NCBI GenBank assembly: GCA_965261395.1
Contig: OZ253462.1
Coordinates: 2,464,001-2,528,000 of the forward strand
Length of the DNA stretch: 64,000 nucleotides
Reading direction: 5' to 3'
Source of the DNA: Candidatus Latescibacterota bacterium
GTDB lineage: Bacteria; Latescibacterota; UBA2968; UBA8231
Below are positions 8,037 through 16,564 of this stretch, in pieces (positions within the stretch are counted from its first letter, which is position 1; the number at the start of each line of letters is the position of its first letter). The translations under genes were made by a program, and so were the position numbers. The notes under the pieces are model-generated. The model saw only the letters and a program-made list of their open reading frames with translations. It made no database searches and was not told where the DNA came from.

Positions 8037-10076
8037 ATGAACGTATATTCCGCCGCCCTAATGGCCATAGTCGCTTCCGTGAGCCTCTGCCTAGGTTCAA
8101 CAAGCGCCCAAAGCCAGCCCCACGCCGCAATCGTCACCGGCGAAGTCCACAACGCTCCGTCGCGGGAAATCGAGTTCCTCCACGAACCGCTACTCGCTCC
8201 CGGGCCGTCCCAACACTACATCGCCTTGGACGAGCAAAACCGCTTTGCCCTCCTCTTGAACGTTCCCAAGGGAATTTTCGTCACCGGGCATTACAAAGAT
8301 GAACACCACATCCCCTTCTTTGTCGAACCCGGCGATAGCCTGCATGCTGTTGTAACCTTCGCCGAGGTGACGGAAGCCGACTCTTTGGCGGCGGTGGAAT
8401 CTGACAGTTTGCACAGTGCAGCCGATGAAGCGCCTCCCTCTTACTCCCTGACTTTTAACGGCCGGGGCGCGGAGAACAATCGCTTTTTAGCGGAGTTCTG
8501 GCCTCAACATCATTCCTTCGAACCAGATTATGCGCTGGAGTCCGAGGAGTTTGCACGACAAGTCAAACAGCAGCGTCAGGATGAATTTGCTTTGCTCGCC
8601 GAAGGGAGAAAAAAATACGCTCTTTCTTTGGGGTTCATCGACTGTATGACGCTCTTTCTCAACTACAAGTGGGCCGATCAGACGGTTTCTTATCCGCTGT
8701 TTTCGTTTAGAAACGGCGTCCTATCTCGCATGGCCAATGCCGACCCCTCCAACAGAAGAGCGGTCCCTCCGAACTACTACGACTTCCTACAAGAAATTCC
8801 CTTGATAAATGAAAAGGCTATCGGCGTGGGGGAGTATCGCAGGTTTCTGGTGAATACCCTAGAGTCGGAGGCGAAGTCGGACGGGCTACCTAGACTTTCC
8901 GATAGGTACAAGCTGTCGGGATTGGGTCTGTCGGAGTCCGTCCGCACCCGACTCGACTCCATGTACGACGCGAACAATCCACTTAGATTATCACAGATGA
9001 TCGATCTGTCGGGATTGGGTCTGTCGGAGGGTGCCCAAGCCCAACTCGACTCTATGTACGAAAACCCCAAAGAGGTCAGTGCGTCCGAAAAGGCCGCTTG
9101 GTTGGGGTTGGAGTTATCGCCCGCCGCCCAAGCCCAACTCGACGCTTATGAGGAGCATAGTGTGTTCCTCACTGATACCACGAAGACCGATACGACGGGC
9201 GGGAGATTGACCTTCCATATGCCCATGGCAAAAATCAACGAGTGGTTTGCCTACCTAAACAATCGTCCGCTATCGACAAAGGTTGACGTGTCGAGTTTGG
9301 AGTTATCACCAGCCGCCCAAGCCCAACTCGACTCCATGTTCCAAAATCGCAAACCACTCAAGCTATCCCAAAGGGTTGACTTAGCGGCCTTGGGTCTATC
9401 GCCGGCCACCCAATCCCAACTCGACTCCATCTTTGCTGGACCGAGTTTTCCTATCTTCCTAGGGGCTGCAGAACGATACGACCTAGCCAAGCAAAAACTG
9501 CAAGGGCGAGTACTCTACTGGTTCTTGGCCGGAGAGTTGAGGACTGGAATTAAGTTCGGCCAGGAAGCCTATGTGGATGCCCGCTGGCAATCCTTCGAAG
9601 AGAACAATCCCTTCCCCAAGTACACCGAAGCCCTCCAAGCGGAAATGAACAAGACCCTAGTCCTACAACCCGGGCAACCTGCTCCCGATTTCACCCTCTA
9701 TGACCCCGACGGCCAATCCGTATCGCTGAGCCAGTTCAAGGGCAAGGTGGTCTTGATGGATTTCTGGGCGAGTTGGTGCGGACCGTGCATTGGCGATTTG
9801 GAAACTCTCCGCAAGATCAAGGAACAAGTGGCTGCCCAGCCGGTCGTCTTCCTCAACGTCTCGTTGGACGCGAATGAAGGAGCTTGGAAGAAGGCCATTG
9901 CCAAACACCAGATCCAAGGCGTCCACGTACGCTCGGACGGCGCGGTAACGCAAGCCTATAATGTGTTCGGCATTCCTCGGTATTATCTGGTGGATCCACA
10001 AGGGCTAATTGTGGAGGATCGTTTGAGGGTATTTGACATTGATGAGGTAGTGGCAAAAATCGAGGAAAATCTGTGA
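8037..10076 (+). CDS. Exported TlpA/redoxin-family thiol-disulfide oxidoreductase with a large N-terminal region containing ~31-aa repeats
   Basis: Signal peptide. C-terminal GQPAPDFTL..SLSQFKGKVVLMDFWASWCGPC...GIPRYYLVDPQG. RBS GAGG before ATG 8037. Confidence 0.88.
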   Translation: MNVYSAALMAIVASVSLCLGSTSAQSQPHAAIVTGEVHNAPSREIEFLHEPLLAPGPSQHYIALDEQNRFALLLNVPKGIFVTGHYKDEHHIPFFVEPGDSLHAVVTFAEVTEADSLAAVESDSLHSAADEAPPSYSLTFNGRGAENNRFLAEFWPQHHSFEPDYALESEEFARQVKQQRQDEFALLAEGRKKYALSLGFIDCMTLFLNYKWADQTVSYPLFSFRNGVLSRMANADPSNRRAVPPNYYDFLQEIPLINEKAIGVGEYRRFLVNTLESEAKSDGLPRLSDRYKLSGLGLSESVRTRLDSMYDANNPLRLSQMIDLSGLGLSEGAQAQLDSMYENPKEVSASEKAAWLGLELSPAAQAQLDAYEEHSVFLTDTTKTDTTGGRLTFHMPMAKINEWFAYLNNRPLSTKVDVSSLELSPAAQAQLDSMFQNRKPLKLSQRVDLAALGLSPATQSQLDSIFAGPSFPIFLGAAERYDLAKQKLQGRVLYWFLAGELRTGIKFGQEAYVDARWQSFEENNPFPKYTEALQAEMNKTLVLQPGQPAPDFTLYDPDGQSVSLSQFKGKVVLMDFWASWCGPCIGDLETLRKIKEQVAAQPVVFLNVSLDANEGAWKKAIAKHQIQGVHVRSDGAVTQAYNVFGIPRYYLVDPQGLIVEDRLRVFDIDEVVAKIEENL

Positions 10077-10135
10077 GGACAGCCGACCCAATCACCACAC
10101 ACCGCGACCATCGCGGGGAATATGGAGGTAATGTC

Positions 10136-12262
10136 ATGTTGAGGTTCGCTATCATTGTATGCGCTGTGCTGTGGAGCAGTTTCGCCGAGGCGATGACGTG
10201 GGATTTCGACGATGGGACGACCCAAGGGTGGGCTGCCAAAACAGGCAATGGATGGGGCGGCACGTTTGAATTTAACCTGTTTCCGGGGGTAGTCGAAGAC
10301 GGCGTGTGGACGATTGATGTCTCGCCCTCAATGGTCGGAGTTGCGCTTCCTAGCCCGAGTGTCGAAGTAATTTCGCCTATCATAGACCATGATTCGGGCC
10401 TGTTCGACCGGGTCCGGGCTCGGGTGCGCACCATCCATCATGGTCCTACGGTCGGTTCCTTTTCGCTGGCTTGGACCAATGAGCACAACCGCACGAAGCC
10501 AGGTCATGATCCAGAGCATTGGGGTTTAGGAGGCCGGTTTAGGTTTTTAGGACAAAGCGGCTTCGTCTATACCACCGAATGGCAGGAAGTGGAGTTCACG
10601 CTGCCCGAATCGGACGGGGAGATCGCACCGGACGACAGGGAGGTCTGGGAGGGGCTTTTACGGGATATTCGGCTGGGTTTTAGCTTGGATTGGGGCGAGC
10701 GAGGGGTGTCCCGGCCGGTGGACGAGCTAGTCGGGTGGTTTGAGATCGACTGGATAGAGTTGACCGGCGAGGAAGAGCTGTTAGCGGGGGAATTAGCCCC
10801 GCCGTCGGTAGAGTATTTCCGCTTTGAGGAGGCCGGACTTTTTGCCCCGCCGGTCTTCTCTCCCATTATATCGGAGTCAGAGCGCTCCTTCTTAAAAGGA
10901 TGGAGCGCTGCCGCCTTGACGGACTTAGATGGGGACGGCGATCTCGACTTGTTCTCCACTTGGGAGAATTTCCTCTCGCCTCCTTCCGTAAACGTCTGGG
11001 TCATGGCCCTCAATGACGGGAGGGGGACCTTTGAAACGGTGCACATTGAGAAGAGGATCGGAGAAGGGATCGATTATCTGCACGTCGGCGATTTGACCGG
11101 CGACGGCCAAGACGAGATCGCGACAAGAAAAGATTGGGAAATAACGGTCTGGTCTATTGGGCCAGATCTCCAAATGGAGGTGCTCACGCAGATCCAGGAT
11201 CGCTGGCTGGTGGATATGGTGGATGGGGATGGCGACGGCCGGGTCGAACTGTTTACGACCGACTTTACGGTGGAGGAAGCAAGAGCGTTAGAGGTCTGGG
11301 AGGTCGAGCAGGGGGAGTGGACGGCCACCCAGTTGGCGGTCACCGAAAACTATTTTCCCTCGCGGATGGGCGACTTTACGGGCGATGGGCAGTTGGACGT
11401 GCTGTGGTCACCGAGAGGCCGGGTGGGCAGGTGGATAGTAGCGGGTTTGGGCGACGCGCCGGAGGCGGGCGAGGTCGTCTTTGAAGCCACAGCCGATATG
11501 GCGGGTATTCTTTCTTCCCTTCTACAAGTGGGTGATTTTGATGGCGATGGGCAGGTGGACCTGCTCACGCCGCTCGAACGCAACACGTGGGAAGGGCCCA
11601 AGGGCCTTGTCGTCCGGAGCAGCCGATTAGGGGGCGGTGTAGATGAGAAGGTGCTGTATGATGATCGGCTGTTTATGCGCTCACCGGTGGTAGCGCGCGA
11701 CCTGAACGCCGACGGAGTAGAGGATTGGGCATTTGTCGGCGGGGACCGCGGATCGGGCTTTGGCGTGTTCGTCGAATGGGGTGGGGGCGTGAATCCGACT
11801 AAGGAGGTGGAGCAGCATCGTTTGGTCGGCGAAGGAGTACAGGTGCTGCCGGGGGATGTGGATGGGGACGGCGATGTGGACTTGGTGGTGTTAAATAGCG
11901 TCTTGGGCGGCGTGCAGGTATTGAAGAGTTTGGTGGGAGCGCCAGCGACCGCGGTGATGACGGCGGCGGCAGCGCGACCGGTGCAGTATCGGCTGGGCGA
12001 CAGCTATCCCAACCCGTTCAATCCGGCAGTCGTGATCCCCCTTGATTTGGCGACAGACGCGGCAGGGGTGTCGCTGAGGGTGTACGACGTGTTGGGGCGT
12101 CGGGTGCGGCAAGTGTGGCAAGGGCCGCTTGGGGCGGGCAGCCATCGTTTTTCTTGGGATGGCCGCGACGAGGCAGGGAAGGCGGTGGCCGCTGGGGTGT
12201 ATCTCTATCGGGTCGAGGTGGATGGACAGGTAGAAGCTAAGAAGACGACCAAGCTACCTTGA
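10136..12262 (+). CDS. Secreted FG-GAP/VCBS-repeat protein with C-terminal T9SS type-A-like/FlgD-Ig sorting domain
   Basis: Signal peptide (..SFAEA). Repeated DLDGDGDLDL/GDFDGDGQVDL loops. C-terminal YPNPFNP...VYDVLGRRV...WDGRDEAG..VAAGVYLYR. RBS GGAGG. Confidence 0.85.
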   Translation: MLRFAIIVCAVLWSSFAEAMTWDFDDGTTQGWAAKTGNGWGGTFEFNLFPGVVEDGVWTIDVSPSMVGVALPSPSVEVISPIIDHDSGLFDRVRARVRTIHHGPTVGSFSLAWTNEHNRTKPGHDPEHWGLGGRFRFLGQSGFVYTTEWQEVEFTLPESDGEIAPDDREVWEGLLRDIRLGFSLDWGERGVSRPVDELVGWFEIDWIELTGEEELLAGELAPPSVEYFRFEEAGLFAPPVFSPIISESERSFLKGWSAAALTDLDGDGDLDLFSTWENFLSPPSVNVWVMALNDGRGTFETVHIEKRIGEGIDYLHVGDLTGDGQDEIATRKDWEITVWSIGPDLQMEVLTQIQDRWLVDMVDGDGDGRVELFTTDFTVEEARALEVWEVEQGEWTATQLAVTENYFPSRMGDFTGDGQLDVLWSPRGRVGRWIVAGLGDAPEAGEVVFEATADMAGILSSLLQVGDFDGDGQVDLLTPLERNTWEGPKGLVVRSSRLGGGVDEKVLYDDRLFMRSPVVARDLNADGVEDWAFVGGDRGSGFGVFVEWGGGVNPTKEVEQHRLVGEGVQVLPGDVDGDGDVDLVVLNSVLGGVQVLKSLVGAPATAVMTAAAARPVQYRLGDSYPNPFNPAVVIPLDLATDAAGVSLRVYDVLGRRVRQVWQGPLGAGSHRFSWDGRDEAGKAVAAGVYLYRVEVDGQVEAKKTTKLP

Positions 12263-12304
12263 GGGAGGGACGTGGCAGATGAGACGGTCTTGGAGGGCAT
12301 CAGC

Positions 12305-12598
12305 ATGGTGCGCATTAACACATTGAATCGCTGCGGCCGGACCTTAACCATCGAACTCATGGGGTATATCAATAAGACGGAGTTCGACATCCTGTATGAT
12401 TGCCTAAAATCGCATGTCGAGGAGGGGGTAAGGGAGGTCTGCATCGTGGGTAACGAAGTGCGGAGCATTAGTCCATTACTTAGGCGAGACGCGATCCGTT
12501 TGGGACAATTGGGTCTGACGTTGCGTTTTCAGCAACTCCCTCCCTCCATACAGAGGTCGCTGGAGAGTTGGGGCTTGGAGGCGTGGGTAGATGATTAG
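12305..12598 (+). CDS. Small STAS-like domain protein
   Basis: ~97 aa with a STAS-like pattern (IELMGYI...VRSIS...LPPSIQRSLESWGL). RBS GGAGG before ATG 12305; alternative GTG start at 12272. Confidence 0.55.
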   Translation: MVRINTLNRCGRTLTIELMGYINKTEFDILYDCLKSHVEEGVREVCIVGNEVRSISPLLRRDAIRLGQLGLTLRFQQLPPSIQRSLESWGLEAWVDD

Positions 12599-12643
12599 GG
12601 CGATGTGTCATTTGCTCGGCTTGGCAAAGAATAAGAGTAGAGC

Positions 12644-13420
12644 ATGACAGACGACGAAAAGTATTTCTTCGACCTCAACGGCTACCTCATCCTCAGGGAT
12701 GTCGTCGACGCCGACACCATCCGCCGCTGCAACGAGGCCATCGATCACTACGACGACCAGATCGAAGTCCACGAGCGCCGCTTTGAAGGCGAGTCCAAGG
12801 CCCTGACCAGCGACGTCCGCCAACGCTGGAGTGACGAGATGGTCGCCTGGGAGCGGCCCTACTGCGAGCCCTTCCGCCAATTGATGGTGCACCCCCGCCT
12901 CAAACCCTACCTGAACGAACTGATGGGTGCCTATCACATGGCCGCGCGGCCGCGACTAATTGTGATGGACAAAGGCTGCGCCGGTCACTACCTCCACGGC
13001 GGCCAACTCGATCGGCTGTCCTATTCGCTGACCTATCACTGGAAATTCGGCAAGATCTACAACAGCCTGACCTTGGTAGAATTCCCACTGGCCGACGAAG
13101 GCCCCGGCGACGGCGGCTTGGCCGTAGTCCCCGGCGGCCATAAAGCCAACTATCCGATCCCCGAAGCGCTGCGCGATTGCGAGGCTTTCCAAGATGAAGT
13201 CGTCGAGGTCAACGTGCGCGCTGGCGATGTGGTGATCTTCGCCGAAGCCACCATTCACGGCACCTTAGTCTGGCAAGCGGACCATCAACGCCGCACCCTG
13301 CTCTACCCCTACTGCCCGCGCTACCAAGCCCGCGTTCCCTCCATCCACGAAGTATCGTATCCGCCCTCCATCCAAGACATGACGCCAGAGCAACAAGCCG
13401 TCCTCCGGCCACCACACTAG
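12644..13420 (+). CDS. Phytanoyl-CoA dioxygenase (PhyH) family Fe(II)/2OG protein, HxG variant
   Basis: YFFDLNGYLIL, LHGG, GGLAVVPGGHK, AGDVVIF.E..IHG and RR.LLY motifs. Confidence 0.88.
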   Translation: MTDDEKYFFDLNGYLILRDVVDADTIRRCNEAIDHYDDQIEVHERRFEGESKALTSDVRQRWSDEMVAWERPYCEPFRQLMVHPRLKPYLNELMGAYHMAARPRLIVMDKGCAGHYLHGGQLDRLSYSLTYHWKFGKIYNSLTLVEFPLADEGPGDGGLAVVPGGHKANYPIPEALRDCEAFQDEVVEVNVRAGDVVIFAEATIHGTLVWQADHQRRTLLYPYCPRYQARVPSIHEVSYPPSIQDMTPEQQAVLRPPH

Positions 13421-13422
13421 CC

Positions 13423-13473
13423 CCCGATTACATCCTCGACATGAGCGACGAAGAACGCGCCATGCTCAGTTAG
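13423..13473 (+). pseudogene. Relic 3' end of a second PhyH paralog
   Basis: Reads PDYILDMSDEERAMLS* immediately after the PhyH stop, paralleling that gene's own tail PSIQDMTPEQQAVL. Confidence 0.55.
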
Positions 13474-13507
13474 GGGCCTCCTCATCCTTGAGTCGGCTTC
13501 TCAAGAG

Positions 13508-14392
13508 CTACTCCGGCTCCTCGCCAATATTCGCCAGCCGAGCCTTTGTCTCCGCGTAAAGATCCGCGGGCAGTGGACCCGCCAAGGCCGCAGCGACGTT
13601 GGACTTCATGTGCTCGAGGTTCGTCGTGCCGACAATCGTCGTGTGACACGCTGGATGCGCGAGGGTGAAGCGCAGGACAAACTCGTGCCGACTCATCCCG
13701 CCGATGAGTTCGTCGAGCCCCGCCTGCTCCCACTTTGATTGGCGTTCTTCACTAGCTCGGTGTCCCAAGCTAATGCCACCGCGAATGACAATGCCAGCTC
13801 CGGCGTCGGCCGCTTCCTGAATCATCCTTTCGTGCTGGCGCTCAAGAGCCGAATAGGGAATCTGGAAAGCGTCAAAAGCCTCCGACTCCACGAATGCGGC
13901 CAGATGCGGCACCGTCGAAGACACGCCGATAAAACGGGTCTTTCCCGCCTGTCGAATGTCCTCAAGTACTTCGATCAGCCCTCCCAACTCGACGTCTTCC
14001 ACGGTGGGATTGTGCATCTGTAGCAGATCTACGCAGTCGGTCTTCAGGCGGCGCAGACTCTGGTCGATGTTGGTGCGCAGACGCTCGGCCGTCCACAGGT
14101 GGCCCGGCTCCAGTCTGGTGCCATCCTCGTCGATGTTGCAGCCACACTTGGTAGCCAAGTAGAACTCGTCGCGGCGATGGCTGAGGTACTTGCCGATCCG
14201 CTCCTCGCTAGCGCCGTAATCCGGGGCCGTGTCAACGAGGTTGATCCCTGCATCGAGAGCCGCATTCAATACGCTGCCTGCCTGATCGTCGTACTCCGCT
14301 TCATCCGGCAGCTCGCGCTCGGCCGCTCCGAAGCCGAGTTGGGTGACCTCGAGCCTCGTGCGACCCAAGGTGCGTTTAGTCAAATGTTCCAT
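13508..14392 (-). CDS. Aldo/keto reductase
   Basis: RTLGRT.LEVT.LGFG, GINLVDTAPDYG.SEE, ATKCG, SLRRLKTDCVDLLQMH and GKTRFIGVS. Confidence 0.93.
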   Translation of the reverse strand: MEHLTKRTLGRTRLEVTQLGFGAAERELPDEAEYDDQAGSVLNAALDAGINLVDTAPDYGASEERIGKYLSHRRDEFYLATKCGCNIDEDGTRLEPGHLWTAERLRTNIDQSLRRLKTDCVDLLQMHNPTVEDVELGGLIEVLEDIRQAGKTRFIGVSSTVPHLAAFVESEAFDAFQIPYSALERQHERMIQEAADAGAGIVIRGGISLGHRASEERQSKWEQAGLDELIGGMSRHEFVLRFTLAHPACHTTIVGTTNLEHMKSNVAAALAGPLPADLYAETKARLANIGEEPE

Positions 14393-14424
14393 TGTTCCTC
14401 CTCAAGTAGGTGTTACTGATCGCT

Positions 14425-16383
14425 TCATTCGTGGCTAGCCGCCCGCTCCCGCACCATTTCGTGGCCCTCAAACAAATCCCGCGCCACCGTCCCCTGCGCT
14501 TGACGAGGTGGCTCGGCCCCCAGCATCTGGCAGAAGGTGGGCACTACATCGGCGGCGTGGATGTACCCCAGCTTGTCCACCGGCCGCTCGTATCCCTGCT
14601 TCACTCCCGGCCCGGCTAGCAACCACGAGCCATAACTGGACGAGGTCTCACTTTCGGTCGGCAAAAAACCCCCGTGGTGCGCCCCGTACACATTGGGCGC
14701 TCCAACACAGCCTCCGCCGGCAATGCCCCGCCACTGTCCGTAGTACCCGCTCACGTACCCGTGGTCCCAAGCAAAAACCACGTCGCCGCACTGGTCCCCC
14801 CATTGGCCGAGGATGTACGCGTCACGCCGAGGCAAGGCTATGGCCACTGGATTGCGCCCCACTTCCTGGTCAACCCAAGTGCGCAGGGCCAGCAGCAACT
14901 CGGCCTCAATGCGGTCGAATTCTGGTCCTGGCTCGGCGTTGATGAAAATGTCAAACCCCTTGTCGTCCTTCATATAGGCCTGGGTGCGCTCCCAGTCGAT
15001 ATCCTCCTCGCGCACTTGATCGCGCACCAGCATCTCTTCCCCGCCCTTGAGTGCCAGAAATCCCTGATCGTGCAAAAACTGCCGGATATTGGCCACCCGC
15101 ACATCGGGCGAGCACCCGTGGTCGGACACCACGCCCACGTACGTATGCTCATCCGCATCCTCCCACAGCCGCCCCAAAATGCGGTCCCCCACCTGATAGG
15201 CCCGCCGAAAATAGTCCAAGTACTGTTCGGCACGCTCGGCGGCATACCCCGGGCACACGGGATCCACGTCCCCGAGATGAATGTGGTTGAGATAGTCGTA
15301 TAGATGCCAGTGGCAAAGAAAAAAGGAACAACCCCGCTCGCGCAGCATGTAGCGGGCGACCTCGGCAAACCACATCCCTTGGTACTCGCATTCTTCCAAG
15401 GCTGTGTCAAAATCGGCCATCCCTGCGGTATAGGGCAACATGGAGGCGTGTTCCTGATACGGCCCAAAGCGCTCCACTAGGTCCCTAGCCAACTCGTCGG
15501 GCAGGGTGAAGCCATCGGTATAGGTCACTTGGGTGCGGTAGAGCTTGAGGCTGCTGCCGTCCGCGGCCAGTTCCATCAGCTTGAAGCGCACCGACGCCGA
15601 GCGCTGGCCGCCGTCAATGGCAAAGTCCTCCACCGCCCACTCGCTCCACTGGCCCACCCCGGCAACGGCTATGCAACCGGCTCCGTCCCGGTCCCGACAC
15701 ACCAGCACCCGGTCGTAGCCCTTTCCCACGCTGTCCACCGCCAGCAGATGGAACGCGGTGACATCCCCGCCCAACCGAGCCACCACCTCAATGCGGCTCT
15801 CCAGCGGCGGAGCATGACTTGCGGGCAGGTTCTGCCACTCCTGCGCCGGTGTTAGCGGCGGGATCGGCTCGACGCTGCGCTGTTCCTGCCGCACGGCCGT
15901 CCCATCGTGGTCCATCTCGATAGCTTCCTCTAGCGCGGCCTCCGTGGTATAGGCCTGGCAGATAGCCACTTCAAAATCCGTACTGCGGTGCCCGGGGTGG
16001 CCAAAGCCATCGACCACAAAGCCCGTCTCCACCCCGGAGGGATGGGCCGCCGGATAGTGCACAGCCACGCTCTGCAGGCCCGCCCGCTCCAAGGCGTTCC
16101 AGATGCGCTCGGCATTGTTGGCCCGCCCGTCGAAACTGTCGATCCGCTGGCCCGGCGCGACTTCCACCCGCCAGCGCGTCACCCCGTGCGTGCCCGTATG
16201 CGCCCCCGTCGAAAGAGTTGCCCAGTTGGTCGGGGTCCACACTGGGAAGGAGGGCAGGGTCTGGTTGACCGTCCCCTCGCGCAGCAGGCGCTCGAAGTGG
16301 GGCAAGGCCCCTTCCGCGGCGAATCGCTTCATCATCGGGACGATAAAGCCGTCCATGCCAAAGGCGTAAATTTTGCGCTCCAT
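14425..16383 (-). CDS. Alkaline-phosphatase superfamily nucleotide pyrophosphatase/phosphodiesterase
   Basis: GMDG, PSFPVWTPTNW (Thr nucleophile), DYLNH, VSDHG, DWERTQAY, GAHHG and DVVPT. Confidence 0.88.
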   Translation of the reverse strand: MERKIYAFGMDGFIVPMMKRFAAEGALPHFERLLREGTVNQTLPSFPVWTPTNWATLSTGAHTGTHGVTRWRVEVAPGQRIDSFDGRANNAERIWNALERAGLQSVAVHYPAAHPSGVETGFVVDGFGHPGHRSTDFEVAICQAYTTEAALEEAIEMDHDGTAVRQEQRSVEPIPPLTPAQEWQNLPASHAPPLESRIEVVARLGGDVTAFHLLAVDSVGKGYDRVLVCRDRDGAGCIAVAGVGQWSEWAVEDFAIDGGQRSASVRFKLMELAADGSSLKLYRTQVTYTDGFTLPDELARDLVERFGPYQEHASMLPYTAGMADFDTALEECEYQGMWFAEVARYMLRERGCSFFLCHWHLYDYLNHIHLGDVDPVCPGYAAERAEQYLDYFRRAYQVGDRILGRLWEDADEHTYVGVVSDHGCSPDVRVANIRQFLHDQGFLALKGGEEMLVRDQVREEDIDWERTQAYMKDDKGFDIFINAEPGPEFDRIEAELLLALRTWVDQEVGRNPVAIALPRRDAYILGQWGDQCGDVVFAWDHGYVSGYYGQWRGIAGGGCVGAPNVYGAHHGGFLPTESETSSSYGSWLLAGPGVKQGYERPVDKLGYIHAADVVPTFCQMLGAEPPRQAQGTVARDLFEGHEMVRERAASHE

Positions 16384-16564
16384 AGCTCCTCGTCTATAAA
16401 AAGGTCGTCGGATGTCCAGATAGTTAGCGGCTTTTTCCCGCAGACAGCAACCAGAGCGCCGTCACCCGTCGAGGCAAGGTCAGCCGTTTATTGACGGGTA
16501 TCCGCGGATTTGGCTACGTTTGCCAATTCGCCGCGCACCCGCTACTCCATCCCCTAGCCCCTCT

